From contig OZ246403.1 of NCBI GenBank assembly GCA_965230925.1, forward strand, positions 458,455 to 522,454: a stretch of DNA of 64,000 nucleotides, read 5' to 3'. The notes under the pieces were generated by a model. The model was not told where the DNA came from. It saw nothing but the letters and a program-made list of their open reading frames with translations, and ran no database searches. Position numbers and translations under genes: made by a program. Shown here in pieces: positions 35,530 through 45,650 of the stretch. This stretch comes from an uncultured Candidatus Saccharibacteria bacterium (GTDB taxonomy: Bacteria > Patescibacteriota > Minisyncoccia > Phycocordibacterales > JACOZG01). Numbering within the stretch: position 1 is the stretch's first letter; each line of letters starts with the position of its first letter.

Positions 35530-37176
35530 GTGACTGATCTGGTAAATCATTTGCTGACCCGGCGGGGGATAATTGATGAGGCCGAGCGCGAGCGCTTCTT
35601 GCGACCGAGTTATGAGCGCGATCTCCACGACCCTTTCTTGTTCTCACAGATGAGCTGGGCGGTAGAAAGGATTTTGTTTGCTCTCGAGAAAAAAGAGAAA
35701 ATTACGATTTTTGCCGATTACGACGCTGATGGGGTACCGGCGGCGGTGATTTTAAGCGAATTTTTTAAAAAAGTTGGCCATACCAACTTCGATGTTTATA
35801 TTCCCGATCGGCATGAAGAAGAATTTGGTCTCAAAGAATTTGCGGTCAAGAGAATTGCGGCGACTGACACTAAACTCGTAATCACTGTCGATTGTGGTAT
35901 CACCGATCTTCCGGGTGCGGCCCTTCTCGCTTCGCTCGGCATTGATCTCATTATTACCGACCATCACTTGGCGCCAGAAGTATTGCCAGAAGCGGTAGCA
36001 ATTATTGATCCCAAGCTGCCCGGCGATGCGTACCCGGAGAAAATGTTGTGTGGTTCGGGTGTGGCCTTTAAGCTGGTTCAAGCTTTGCTTAAAAAGTTGC
36101 CCAATAAAGTTCCCGACGGTTGGGAGAAGTGGCTCCTCGACCTGGTGGCGATTGCGACGGTGAGCGACATGGTGCCACTTACTGGTGAGAATCGGGCGCT
36201 CGTGTACTTTGGACTCAAGGTTTTGCGCCAGACGCCACGACCAGGTTTGCGCGCCTTGGCGAGAGTGTTAAAGCTTGAGCCGCAATATATTACTGAAGAT
36301 GATATTGCTTTCTCGATTGGACCGAGGATCAATTCGGCGAGCCGGATGACGCACGGAATTGAAGCCTATGAATTACTTTCGACGAGTGATTTAGCGCGGG
36401 CTGAAGCCTTGGCTAAGCACTTGGACGAGAAAAATCGCGAGCGGCGCACGGCGGTGGATCATATTCTCGCGAGTGCGCCCAGTGTGACCGGTGACCTGCC
36501 ACCCATCCTTGTTTTGGGTAATGAAAGCTGGTCGCTTGGGGTTTTGGGTCTCGCGGCTTCGCGCCTTGTAGAGCAATTTTCGCGCACCGTTTTCGTGTGG
36601 GGGAAGAATAGTAGTGGGTTGATAAAAGGTTCTTGCCGCGCCGCGCCGGGGGTGAATGTGGTCGAGTTGATGGCTAGAGCTGGAGGATCAACAATTTTTA
36701 CAAATTTTGGCGGTCATGCGGCCTCCGGTGGCTTCTCTCTTGCGCCAGAGAATTTACCGCAACTTGAAGTAAATTTGCTTGTTGCCTATGAGAAAGTTCC
36801 GCGCGAGGAAGCGGCTGTGGCAGTGGAACCGGATCTCGATCTCTTGCTCGATGAAGTTACCGAAGATTTTTGCACCAATTTACATCAGCTAGCGCCTTTC
36901 GGCTTAGGGAATCCGAAGCCACTACTCTCTTTCCATCGCGCGCCACTCATGCAGAAGAAAACTTTTGGTTCCAGCGCGACTCATCTCGAACTGCAATTTT
37001 CTCGTGAGTTTGGCCGGCCGATTAAAGCGATTAAATTTTTCGCCGCTGATCTGGCCGAGCGTGCTGATCTTGTGCCCGGCGCGGCGATTAACTTGCTTGC
37101 CAATTTAGAAAAATCATATTTCCGCGGCCGACCAGAGTTGCGTCTACGGATTGTCGAGGTCAATAAACCAAGTTAA
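35530..37176 (+). CDS. recJ: ssDNA exonuclease RecJ
   Basis: DYDADG, ITVDCG, TDHH, GPRINSASR, FGGHAASGG, LAPFGLGNP. Confidence 0.95.
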   Translation: MTDLVNHLLTRRGIIDEAERERFLRPSYERDLHDPFLFSQMSWAVERILFALEKKEKITIFADYDADGVPAAVILSEFFKKVGHTNFDVYIPDRHEEEFGLKEFAVKRIAATDTKLVITVDCGITDLPGAALLASLGIDLIITDHHLAPEVLPEAVAIIDPKLPGDAYPEKMLCGSGVAFKLVQALLKKLPNKVPDGWEKWLLDLVAIATVSDMVPLTGENRALVYFGLKVLRQTPRPGLRALARVLKLEPQYITEDDIAFSIGPRINSASRMTHGIEAYELLSTSDLARAEALAKHLDEKNRERRTAVDHILASAPSVTGDLPPILVLGNESWSLGVLGLAASRLVEQFSRTVFVWGKNSSGLIKGSCRAAPGVNVVELMARAGGSTIFTNFGGHAASGGFSLAPENLPQLEVNLLVAYEKVPREEAAVAVEPDLDLLLDEVTEDFCTNLHQLAPFGLGNPKPLLSFHRAPLMQKKTFGSSATHLELQFSREFGRPIKAIKFFAADLAERADLVPGAAINLLANLEKSYFRGRPELRLRIVEVNKPS

Positions 37177-37185
37177 GATGGCACG

Positions 37186-37638
37186 ATGGAAAAACTAATT
37201 GTTTATACCGATGGTGGTTCACGGGGGAATCCCGGTATTGCTGGTGCTGGGACGGTAATTGCCGATGCGACAGGGAAAGAACTAAAGGTGGCGACTAAAG
37301 CTCTTGGGGTGATGACCAATAATGAGGCCGAGTATCAAGGCGTGATCTTGGCGCTTGAGACGCTGAAGAAACTTCTCGGCAAAGATAAACTAAAAGATCA
37401 GCCCATCGAATTTAAGCTCGACAGTGAACTTGTGGTGAAGCAGCTTCGGGGCGAATATCAAATTAAAGAAGAGAAACTCGGCCTCCTTTTTCTCAAAATT
37501 TGGAATGCCCGTGTGGCCGACTTCCCACGCCTTACCTTTACCCATATCCCGCGCGAAGAGAACTCCCGCGCCGACGCTCTCGCCAATGAAGCGATGGATG
37601 AGCAAGAGAAAACAAGCGCTAATCTATTTACTCACTAA
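37186..37638 (+). CDS. rnhA: Ribonuclease HI
   Basis: YTDGGSRGNPG, TNNEAEY, DSELVVKQ, HIPREENSRADALAN. Confidence 0.93.
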   Translation: MEKLIVYTDGGSRGNPGIAGAGTVIADATGKELKVATKALGVMTNNEAEYQGVILALETLKKLLGKDKLKDQPIEFKLDSELVVKQLRGEYQIKEEKLGLLFLKIWNARVADFPRLTFTHIPREENSRADALANEAMDEQEKTSANLFTH

Positions 37639-38743
37639 TTGTTACCGGTTTCCCGTCTTTAATAATTCTTACGACCGCTGGTGAGATTACTAGGCCGTCG
37701 GCATCAATGCTCAGATTATTACCCACAGCAGCATCGAATCCTTTTGTTTGTTTTAATTCATTTTTAATCTGAGTGCTGGAAGGAATGGTTTTTCCATCAC
37801 CAGCTTTTTCGGTGGCTTGGACAATGAGATTTACTACATCATAAGCATTCGCCGCGCCAAATTTTGGCGAATCATTATAGGTTTGAGTATAGAGCTCAAT
37901 GAACCACGGCATTGGGTCTGCCCCATTGATGTACCACATACCTTCAAAGAGTGAGAGATCGTCAGAGAATTCAAAGGCTTCCATGGTGGTTACCGGCGTA
38001 GTAATGCCCGCTTCTCGGAGTTGTCGTGTTAACACTTCAAGCTCGGGGGAAGTGGCTTCGAGAACGTAAATTTCCGGATTAAGATTCTTGACCGCATTGA
38101 TTTGGGTACGGAAGTCTCGCGTGCCGGTATTAAATTTTTGCGTAGCAAGTACCTGGATATCAGTATTTTTAATGTCTTTCTCGAAGGTGTTGATAATAGC
38201 GGTGACTCCGGGATTATCCTGCTGACCAAAGAAGACCAGGGTTTTAATATCTCGCTTGTTTAATTCAGAGACAAAAAGCCTTGAGTCCTCATAAGCCGGC
38301 GTATAGTGAACAAAATTATAATCACCATCAGCCACGCTTGAGGCTGAGGCAAAATCATTCACATGAGTAATCTGTGCTTTCTCCGCGATAGGGCTCACCA
38401 CGTTGCCGACCGGTGATCCGAAGGAGATAAGCGCTGAAACGCCGTCAACACTAATTAATTTATTTGCGGTGGTGGCGCCAACCGCTGGTTTGAACTGATC
38501 GTCCTCAAAAATCAATTCGTAATCGTATTTTGTTTTAGAAGAGAGTTGAGCTTTCGCCAGTTCCATGGCTTTTTTTGCGCTCTGGCCTAGCACAGCCACA
38601 TTTCCGGTGAGGGGAAGAGTGACACCGATTTTAACCGTAGGCTTTGCTGTTGGCGTTTGTTGCCCAGAAAATGAAGAAATTCCCCAATACGCTAGGCCAA
38701 TCACAATAATCCCAGCAATGATTTTAACTGTTTTATTCATCAT
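37628..38743 (-). CDS. LivJ/LivK-like solute-binding protein
   Basis: N-terminal TM; KIGVTLPLTG, FEDDQ, AANAYDVV. Confidence 0.88.
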   Translation of the reverse strand: MMNKTVKIIAGIIVIGLAYWGISSFSGQQTPTAKPTVKIGVTLPLTGNVAVLGQSAKKAMELAKAQLSSKTKYDYELIFEDDQFKPAVGATTANKLISVDGVSALISFGSPVGNVVSPIAEKAQITHVNDFASASSVADGDYNFVHYTPAYEDSRLFVSELNKRDIKTLVFFGQQDNPGVTAIINTFEKDIKNTDIQVLATQKFNTGTRDFRTQINAVKNLNPEIYVLEATSPELEVLTRQLREAGITTPVTTMEAFEFSDDLSLFEGMWYINGADPMPWFIELYTQTYNDSPKFGAANAYDVVNLIVQATEKAGDGKTIPSSTQIKNELKQTKGFDAAVGNNLSIDADGLVISPAVVRIIKDGKPVTISE

Positions 38744-38883
38744 TTAATTTTAAACTATCTAGTAATACAAACAATATAAGAACACGGATAAGTACAGTTG
38801 TGTATTTAGAAAACAGTTCAAGGTCATGCAAACCTTTGTTTATAGCCATTTTTTATTACTTTAATAAATTCTGTTCGTAAGAA

Positions 38884-38912
38884 TTGACAGTTTTAGTCAA
38901 GTGCGATAGGCT
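38884..38912 (+). promoter_or_regulatory. Sigma70-type promoter, probably leaderless
   Basis: TTGACA-17-TAGGCT, ATG 7 nt downstream. Confidence 0.6.
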
Positions 38913-38919
38913 TTTGGCA

Positions 38920-39711
38920 ATGAATATTGGTCATTTGCCGGGAACGTTTGAGAAAGTGGGTTTATCGCCCAAAGAAGCCCTGGTATATGCGGCTTTAGTA
39001 AGGCTCAACGGAGCCTTTCCTTCTACTCTCGCTGAAGAAACAAAGTTAAATCGGAGTACGGTCTATAAGATTCTCCTTGATCTCTCGGTGAAAGGGCTGG
39101 TTAATGAAATAAAGAAAAGGAACAAAATTTATTACCAGATCGAAAAGCCATCCAAGCTTCTTCGGTATGCCAAAGATCAAGTCACGATTGCCAACGATCA
39201 TCTAGAAACAGTTCAGAAGTTAGTTCCCGATCTTGAGGGGATGTATTCACTTTTTTCTAATAAACCAAAAATCACTTACTTCGAGGGGATTGAGGGAATT
39301 TTATCGATTTATGAAGACCAGGTTGTTACGAATAAAAAATATGAAATGATGGCTTTTGCTAATGCTACCGAGCTGGAAAATGTTTTCCCAGCTAAGTTTT
39401 TTGAAAATTATCGGAGAACGAAAGAAAAAATTGGTATTACCACAAGAGGAATTATTACCGACTCCAAAGAAAACTCCACTTTCATTGAGCGAATGTACGC
39501 GGGATATAAAAAAGAGGTAATTCCCAAAACAAAATTAATTCCGGCCGCCGAGTTTCCTTTTAAGGGTGAGCTCACTATCTATCGAGATAATCGGGTTTCA
39601 ATTGTAAACCTCAATAAAGAGCATCTCACTGGCCTAATTATTGAAGACGAAACTATTTACAATATGATGCGAATGATTTTTGAACTATCGTGGAAGGGGG
39701 CAGGGAAGTAA
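38920..39711 (+). CDS. TrmB-family transcriptional regulator
   Basis: GLSPKEALVY, LNRSTVYKIL..L..KGLV wHTH; PKITYFEGIEGI; start moved to ATG 38920. Confidence 0.88.
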   Translation: MNIGHLPGTFEKVGLSPKEALVYAALVRLNGAFPSTLAEETKLNRSTVYKILLDLSVKGLVNEIKKRNKIYYQIEKPSKLLRYAKDQVTIANDHLETVQKLVPDLEGMYSLFSNKPKITYFEGIEGILSIYEDQVVTNKKYEMMAFANATELENVFPAKFFENYRRTKEKIGITTRGIITDSKENSTFIERMYAGYKKEVIPKTKLIPAAEFPFKGELTIYRDNRVSIVNLNKEHLTGLIIEDETIYNMMRMIFELSWKGAGK

Positions 39712-39712
39712 A

Positions 39713-40270
39713 TTATTGATAGTCGCAGAAAACAGCGGCGGCGAAGACGGTGGTCCAGAGACAGTCCTTGTTGCCAATGGCAGATTGAGTGACATTGGTG
39801 CTTTTGATAATTTTCCCACTCATCTTATAAATTTGTTCGCGTTCATCCCAATCTTGATTGGGATCAAAGTCGATACCAAGCGTGGTGGCAAGCATTGAGG
39901 CCGCCAAGTCTTCAGCGTAATCACCGGCTTTTTGACCATCTTCACCCCAGGAGTGGTGCTCCGAGAGATATCCGTATTGGGTTGAATCAGAAGGAATCGC
40001 GACCCCCACTGAGGCAGCAATGAGCCGATTTGGTTCATTGGTAGCATTGCGATCATAGGCGGAGAAAACCACCTGACCAGGTTTAATCAGCTTCGCTCCT
40101 TCATTTTTACTCACAATTTTGCAGCCAGGAGGGAAGATGCTGGAGACGAGAACCAGGTTGCAGTGCTCCACACCCGCTTCACGGAGCGCCATCTCGAAGG
40201 AGGCGAGTTGATTCTTATGAACCCCCACCCCTTTGGTGAGGAAAATTTTTGTCGGAACAAGTAGTTGCAT
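39713..40270 (-). CDS. pdaD: Pyruvoyl-dependent arginine decarboxylase
   Basis: [32 protein letters not shown] (Ser-Ser self-cleavage site), YGYLSEHH. Confidence 0.9.
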   Translation of the reverse strand: MQLLVPTKIFLTKGVGVHKNQLASFEMALREAGVEHCNLVLVSSIFPPGCKIVSKNEGAKLIKPGQVVFSAYDRNATNEPNRLIAASVGVAIPSDSTQYGYLSEHHSWGEDGQKAGDYAEDLAASMLATTLGIDFDPNQDWDEREQIYKMSGKIIKSTNVTQSAIGNKDCLWTTVFAAAVFCDYQ

Positions 40271-40342
40271 TTTTATTGTCTGCGATACGCGTTAAAATGA
40301 GACTATTAATAAAACAGTTTCATTATAAGAAAATCGTCAAGG

Positions 40343-41785
40343 ATGACAACAGTGCATAAGCCTATTGTTGTGATTTTGGGTTTTACCGCTGGTGTTTGGT
40401 TTGCCGATCAAACTCTTTTTGGTCCAGCGATTCTCGGGAGCAGCCTCTTTTTTGCACTTGCTTGTTTTGTTTATGCGCGAATTTTAAGGGAATCGCGATT
40501 TGTTGTTATTGGTTTTTTCTTACTTGGGATCATGTTGGGCGCTCTTCGTTTTGGGGTTCACGAGAGTTTCACCGATCGTCGCTTGGACGAGTATCTCGGT
40601 ACAGAAGTAAATTTGCGAGCTCAGATCACGACGCCGCCAGATCGGCGAGAAGATGTGACTAAGCTTATGGTGACTCCAGAGAACACGAGCGCCGAACTTG
40701 TAATTTGGGCTCCGCGGGAAGGGGAATGGGAATATGGTAATTGGCTCGAGGTTCGCGGAATTCTTGGCCAAGAAAAATATGGCACTCGATATCAATTAAA
40801 TCGGCCAAAGCTTGAGCCGCTAACCACAGAAGAAGAAAGTAGTGTACGCAGTCAACTTTTCGGTCTTAAGGATGCAGTGCTTAATAATTTTCGTGCGGTG
40901 ATCCCGGAGCCGGCGGCGGGATTGCTTGGAGGTTTGGTTCTCGGCGAGAAGCACGGTCTTTCTCAAGTCTGGAGTGAACGTTTCCGGCGTTCCGGTCTTT
41001 CCCATATCGTTGTGCTTTCTGGATATAACCTCACCATTCTTGCCGAGAGTTTATTGCGCGCTTTGCAATTCTTGCCCCGCGCGACGGCCTACGGCGTTGG
41101 TGCCGGATCAATTATTCTCTTTACCCTCATGACCGGCGCAGAAGCGGCTACTGTCCGCGCCGCCGTAATGGCGCTTGTGGCCCTTCTGGCTCGTGCGACC
41201 GGCCGCGAGTATCAAGCCACGCGCGCCCTTTTGCTTGCTGGATTTATTATGCTTCTCTACGACCCGACCTTGCTTACTGGTGATCCCGGTTTCCAACTTT
41301 CTTTTCTCGCGACACTTGGGCTGCTCCAATTTTCACCTCTTATCGATCGTTTATTGAGTCGGTTCTGGCCGGCAAAGGGAAGATTTCCTACTTTCCGAGA
41401 AATTGCCGTGAGCACTATTGCGGTCCAAATTTTTATTCTCCCGTGGGTGCTCTATCAGTTTGGCGCCTGGTCAATTGTTGCCTTGCCGGCGAACTTGCTC
41501 GTTTTACCCATTGTACCTATCACCATGTTCCTCGGTTTTCTTGTTGGATTGGTAGGGTTTATCACTTCAGTGCTTGCTTGGCCGATAGGTTTGATCGCGT
41601 ATCTTTTTCTGGGTTACCAACTTCTGGTTGCTCGTTTCTTCGCCGCGTGGCCCGGGGCAAATTTTACTCTCGAACACTTTCCTCTCATTCTCGTGATTAT
41701 TTTCTATCTTGTTTACGCAAAACTCATTTTGTGGCATAATCGGACCAGCTCCGGTTCCTTGCCATCTGATGTGGCGGGCAGTTGA
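40343..41785 (+). CDS. comEC: ComEC/Rec2 competence membrane domain protein
   Basis: GLSHIVVLSGYN, VRAAVM, GFQLSFLAT, many TM segments. Confidence 0.93.
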   Translation: MTTVHKPIVVILGFTAGVWFADQTLFGPAILGSSLFFALACFVYARILRESRFVVIGFFLLGIMLGALRFGVHESFTDRRLDEYLGTEVNLRAQITTPPDRREDVTKLMVTPENTSAELVIWAPREGEWEYGNWLEVRGILGQEKYGTRYQLNRPKLEPLTTEEESSVRSQLFGLKDAVLNNFRAVIPEPAAGLLGGLVLGEKHGLSQVWSERFRRSGLSHIVVLSGYNLTILAESLLRALQFLPRATAYGVGAGSIILFTLMTGAEAATVRAAVMALVALLARATGREYQATRALLLAGFIMLLYDPTLLTGDPGFQLSFLATLGLLQFSPLIDRLLSRFWPAKGRFPTFREIAVSTIAVQIFILPWVLYQFGAWSIVALPANLLVLPIVPITMFLGFLVGLVGFITSVLAWPIGLIAYLFLGYQLLVARFFAAWPGANFTLEHFPLILVIIFYLVYAKLILWHNRTSSGSLPSDVAGS

Positions 41786-41812
41786 GTGTTCCCAAGCTAG
41801 GGAGGGCTTTTC

Positions 41813-42268
41813 ATGCTTAGAAGAGTGTTGATGATTGTGGTGGGTTGTTTTCTCTTGTTGATCTCGGCGGGAGGGTCGGGAATAAACAGAGAATCGGGGG
41901 TTCAAGTGGCGGGGGTTGATCTGGACTTGATAATGGTTCAGATGAAGGCTGACCTAGAGTCCGAGGAAAACGGCCAGTTCGTTCGTTTCAAGGTGGAGCG
42001 GATCGTTGATGGTTCGACCAGCGGCCAGAAATTTCTCGTGTTCGAGAAAAAGGAAGGCAGTAGCATCAAACTTTACGCCGTGCTCGACCGTCAAGCAGGA
42101 GACAATTCCGTTTACCAATACCAGGTCGGCGACATCGCGCACTATGCCGTCTGTATTCTTTCTTGTTCCTTGTCTCAGGAAGAAATTCCTTTTGGGCAAA
42201 TGCTCGTAGTGCCCTTGAGACGCGGTTCAGCTATCCCAGATTATCCGGATGCACTGGTTTTCGATTGA
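41813..42268 (+). CDS. Hypothetical exported protein
   Basis: N-terminal hydrophobic segment; SD AGGGAGG at 41799-41805; promoter TTTACG-17-CATAAT at 41712-41740. Confidence 0.65.
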   Translation: MLRRVLMIVVGCFLLLISAGGSGINRESGVQVAGVDLDLIMVQMKADLESEENGQFVRFKVERIVDGSTSGQKFLVFEKKEGSSIKLYAVLDRQAGDNSVYQYQVGDIAHYAVCILSCSLSQEEIPFGQMLVVPLRRGSAIPDYPDALVFD

Positions 42269-42277
42269 GGTGGAAAG

Positions 42278-42379
42278 ATGGGCGTGGGTCCTGAAGAGGG
42301 GTTGTGGATTGGCTTTCTGACCCTGGTTGCGCTGGCCTTGGCCCACTTGCTGGCGGCCGCCTTTGGTAAAGATGATTAA
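42278..42379 (+). CDS. Small 33-aa membrane peptide (not in ORF track)
   Basis: SD GAGGTG; MGVGPEEGLWIGFLTLVALALAHLLAAAFGKDD*; followed by a terminator. Confidence 0.5.
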   Translation: MGVGPEEGLWIGFLTLVALALAHLLAAAFGKDD

Positions 42380-42390
42380 GATAAACAATT

Positions 42391-42434
42391 TCGCCGGTTT
42401 CGAGCTTGAGCTCGGAACTGGCGATTTTTCTTTT
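42391..42434 (+). terminator. Intrinsic terminator
   Basis: TCGCCGGTTTCGAGC-ttga-GCTCGGAACTGGCGA-TTTTTCTTTT. Confidence 0.8.
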
Positions 42435-42454
42435 GCCCGGCGATACTTAAAGGC

Positions 42455-43363
42455 ATGTGGCGGCGGGAAAATGTTAAATGGTTCGTGGTTATCGTTCTTT
42501 TTCTCGCCAATTTTCTTGTCTGGTATGCAGTTCAAGCAGAAGATCGTGGCGGATTGTTAACGGTTGCTTTCTTAGATATCGGTCAGGGCGATTCCATTTT
42601 CATTGATGCGCCAAACGGTAATCAGATTTTGCTCGATGGTGGTCGCGGGCGCCAAGTGCTCGAGGCGCTCGCGGCTGAAATGCCATTTTATGATCGTTCA
42701 CTTGATCTGGTGATTGCTTCGCACCCCGACGCGGACCACATTGGTGGTCTCACTGATGTTTTTGAGAATTATGAAGTAACCGGCTTTCTCGAGCCGGGTG
42801 TGCCGGCCGATACTGGTGTTTATGAGCGACTCCAATCTGATGTTGCGGCCGAAGGAGCTCAAACAATGCTTGCCGAGCGCGGTATGCGCATTGTTCTCGA
42901 TGATCTCCACGGTGTTTATCTCACCATTCTTTTTCCTGACCGAGACCCATCAGGCATGGAAACTAATGAAGCCTCAATTATTGCTAAACTTACTTATGGC
43001 GAGATCGACTTTCTCTTAACCGGTGATTCGCCAGCGAAAATTGAAAAATATTTGACAGGGGTTGATGGGGCAATGTTGCAGGCCGAGGTGCTAAAAGCTG
43101 GTCACCACGGATCGAAAACCTCTACCTCTGACGCTTTTCTTGGGGCTGTGGCGCCTGAATATGCCGTTATTTCTGTGGGGAAAAATAGTTATGGTCACCC
43201 GAGCCCAGAAGTGTTGGATCGACTCGAGGCGGCAAAAATAAAAACCTTTCGTACGGACGAATTGGGGACAATCCTTTTTGCGACCGACGGCGAGAAGATT
43301 TATACTAATTGGACTAGTCTAAGCGGCATTAGAGCGAATGTTGTATCAGAAAATTTATTTTAA
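42455..43363 (+). CDS. Stand-alone ComEC-type metallo-beta-lactamase-fold nuclease domain
   Basis: FLDIGQGDSI, SHPDADHIGG, LLTGD, KAGHHGSKTS, YGHP. Confidence 0.93.
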   Translation: MWRRENVKWFVVIVLFLANFLVWYAVQAEDRGGLLTVAFLDIGQGDSIFIDAPNGNQILLDGGRGRQVLEALAAEMPFYDRSLDLVIASHPDADHIGGLTDVFENYEVTGFLEPGVPADTGVYERLQSDVAAEGAQTMLAERGMRIVLDDLHGVYLTILFPDRDPSGMETNEASIIAKLTYGEIDFLLTGDSPAKIEKYLTGVDGAMLQAEVLKAGHHGSKTSTSDAFLGAVAPEYAVISVGKNSYGHPSPEVLDRLEAAKIKTFRTDELGTILFATDGEKIYTNWTSLSGIRANVVSENLF

Positions 43364-45410
43364 ACTCGGAGTTACTAGCGGACTATTAATCCTAGCCTTG
43401 CTTTTATTTCAGAAATTATCTTTGTCGCCCCTTAGTCAAACTGGCCTTATTAACCAAGGGCCACTCAGTAAACGTTCAATTTCTGTGGTGGCACCGAGTG
43501 AGCCGGAGTTAAGTCCTCTAACCAATCGCCCTCCTCAGGTTTTTGCCGGGTCTGATCAAACCATTAATGCCTCAACCGCCAATCTTTTTGGGACGGCAAA
43601 CGATGATGGTTTGCCCAACCCGCCAAGCCGGCTCAGTTTCCAGTGGCAAAAAGTTGGTGGTCCAGGAGAAGTTTTGTGGGGAAACCAAGAAATGATTCTT
43701 ACTACCGCGTCCTTTTCCGATCCTGGTTCATATACCTTACGCCTCACGGTTTCTGATGGTCTTCTTAGTGCCAGCGATGATCTGGCAATTAATGCTTCTT
43801 GCGCCGGAAATACTCTACCCACGCCGGCCCTGGCTTCGCTGAGCGGAGGAGAAGTGGGGCAGCCTGTTATTTTTAACGCTTCAGGTTCGCACGATTTGGA
43901 TGGGCAGGCGCTTGAGTATAAATTTAACTTTGGTGACGGGGTGACAACAGACTGGTTGGCAACCCCGATAATTCCTCACACCTACAACCAGACCGGGAGC
44001 TATTCAATATTGCTGTGGGTGAGAGACACCTGTGGAGGCGAGTCGGAGCCGCTTATGACCTCCGTGTTGATTGAGGTTGCTGCACCGCATCAAGCTTCCT
44101 TGGTTAGAAATATCAACCCTGGAACGAGTGGCTCTAATCCCACCTTAGCCGCCCAGCTGAATGCTACCACTTTTCTTTTTGCTGCTACCCACAATACTTC
44201 TGGTCGGGAGCTTTGGCGAAGCGACGGCTCAGCTGTCGAAACCAGACTCGTAAAAGACATCAATTTAACTGGTTCCGCAGCCAACTCTTTCCCGCAGTCT
44301 TTTGTCACTTTGAATGACTTGGTTTTGTTTACTGCTGATGACGGTGTTCATGGTCGGGAGTGGTGGCGGAGTAACGGCACGAGCACAGGTACTGCTTTGG
44401 TCAAAGATGTCTATCCAGGCAATGTTGGTTCGGACCCGATTATTATTGGCCAATTAGGAAATGAAATTTATTTTGCGGCGAACGACGGTGTTCATGCTCG
44501 GGAAATATGGAAAACTGATGGTACGGAAGCCGGAACAGTTTTGGTGAGAGACATTAGTTTGACCGGTAATGGCGTGTTGGCTAATGCTCCCGATGTCCGC
44601 AGTGGCGGAGTTTTAGGTGATTACCTGTATTTTGTCGGCAATGACTTAGGTCCAGCTTTTACTGATTGGGAATTGTGGCGCACCGACGGCACCGAGGCAG
44701 GAACAACCCTGGTTAAGAACATTAATCCTACCAGCAATTCATTGCCTGAAGGGTTTTTGAGTGTTGGGTCTAGTTTATACTTTACGGCTTGGGACGGTGT
44801 TCATGGTGAGGAATTGTGGAAAACCAATGGGACTGAAGCAGGAACAATTATGGTTAAAAACATTAATCCCAATGAGGGCTTTGTTTCGTCAGGACCACGG
44901 CGTTTAACTAAATGGAATAACCAAGTTTACTTTTCAGCTGATGATGGAGTTTTTGGGTACGAATTGTGGAAAACGGACGGTTCTCTTGAGGGGACAGTTT
45001 TAGTCACCGACATTTTTCCTGGAGCCAACTCTTCTTTACCCGATGAGTTAATGGTCGGCGGTAATTCTTTCTATTTTGTTGCTGATGACGGTGTTCATGG
45101 TGCCGAACTTTGGCGAACTAACGGTACCGCTTTCGGCACTGCTTTAGTGAAAGACATTTACCCTGGATCAGAAGCGGGTGAAATCAGAGACCTTACTTGG
45201 TTTAACGGGGAGCTTTTCTTTGGGGCCAAAGATAGTCTAGCCAATAATGAACTGTGGCTAAGCGACGGTACGGCACAAGGGACGGCTCAAGTTCAAGAGA
45301 TTTATTCCGGGTTAAACGGAGCTTATCCTAACGGCTTTTTCCCTATAAACAACCGCCTTTATTTTGCTGCAGATAATGGTTTAGTAGGAGTGGAGCTTTG
45401 GGGTTACTAG
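43338..45410 (+). CDS. PKD-stalk and ELWxxDGT-repeat beta-propeller surface protein
   Basis: N-terminal TM; DDGLPNPP PKD-like domain; FNFGDG PKD domain; 8 ELWxxDGT-type repeats plus terminal ELW. Confidence 0.88.
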   Translation: MLYQKIYFKLGVTSGLLILALLLFQKLSLSPLSQTGLINQGPLSKRSISVVAPSEPELSPLTNRPPQVFAGSDQTINASTANLFGTANDDGLPNPPSRLSFQWQKVGGPGEVLWGNQEMILTTASFSDPGSYTLRLTVSDGLLSASDDLAINASCAGNTLPTPALASLSGGEVGQPVIFNASGSHDLDGQALEYKFNFGDGVTTDWLATPIIPHTYNQTGSYSILLWVRDTCGGESEPLMTSVLIEVAAPHQASLVRNINPGTSGSNPTLAAQLNATTFLFAATHNTSGRELWRSDGSAVETRLVKDINLTGSAANSFPQSFVTLNDLVLFTADDGVHGREWWRSNGTSTGTALVKDVYPGNVGSDPIIIGQLGNEIYFAANDGVHAREIWKTDGTEAGTVLVRDISLTGNGVLANAPDVRSGGVLGDYLYFVGNDLGPAFTDWELWRTDGTEAGTTLVKNINPTSNSLPEGFLSVGSSLYFTAWDGVHGEELWKTNGTEAGTIMVKNINPNEGFVSSGPRRLTKWNNQVYFSADDGVFGYELWKTDGSLEGTVLVTDIFPGANSSLPDELMVGGNSFYFVADDGVHGAELWRTNGTAFGTALVKDIYPGSEAGEIRDLTWFNGELFFGAKDSLANNELWLSDGTAQGTAQVQEIYSGLNGAYPNGFFPINNRLYFAADNGLVGVELWGY

Positions 45411-45418
45411 AAAATTTT

Positions 45419-45619
45419 TTAAGCTTTAAACTTAAGTTGGCGATTACCCTTAAGGCAAGAAGTGCAGATCTTAATGCGCCTGCCAGCAGGTAAAGCAGCC
45501 CATTGGAGATTGGGGTACTTTCGTTTCATGCCAACCGGATTAAATTTGGTGGCGCGGACGCGGTTGGAATATTTTCCAGCCATCATCGTCCCTTTATTGC
45601 AAATGGGGCAAGCTTTCAT
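45419..45619 (-). CDS. rpmB: 50S ribosomal protein L28
   Basis: CPICNKG, KRKYPNLQ, IKICTSCLK. Confidence 0.88.
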   Translation of the reverse strand: MKACPICNKGTMMAGKYSNRVRATKFNPVGMKRKYPNLQWAALPAGRRIKICTSCLKGNRQLKFKA

Positions 45620-45650
45620 AACCCGAGTATGCTAACATGGCTTTCTCTTT

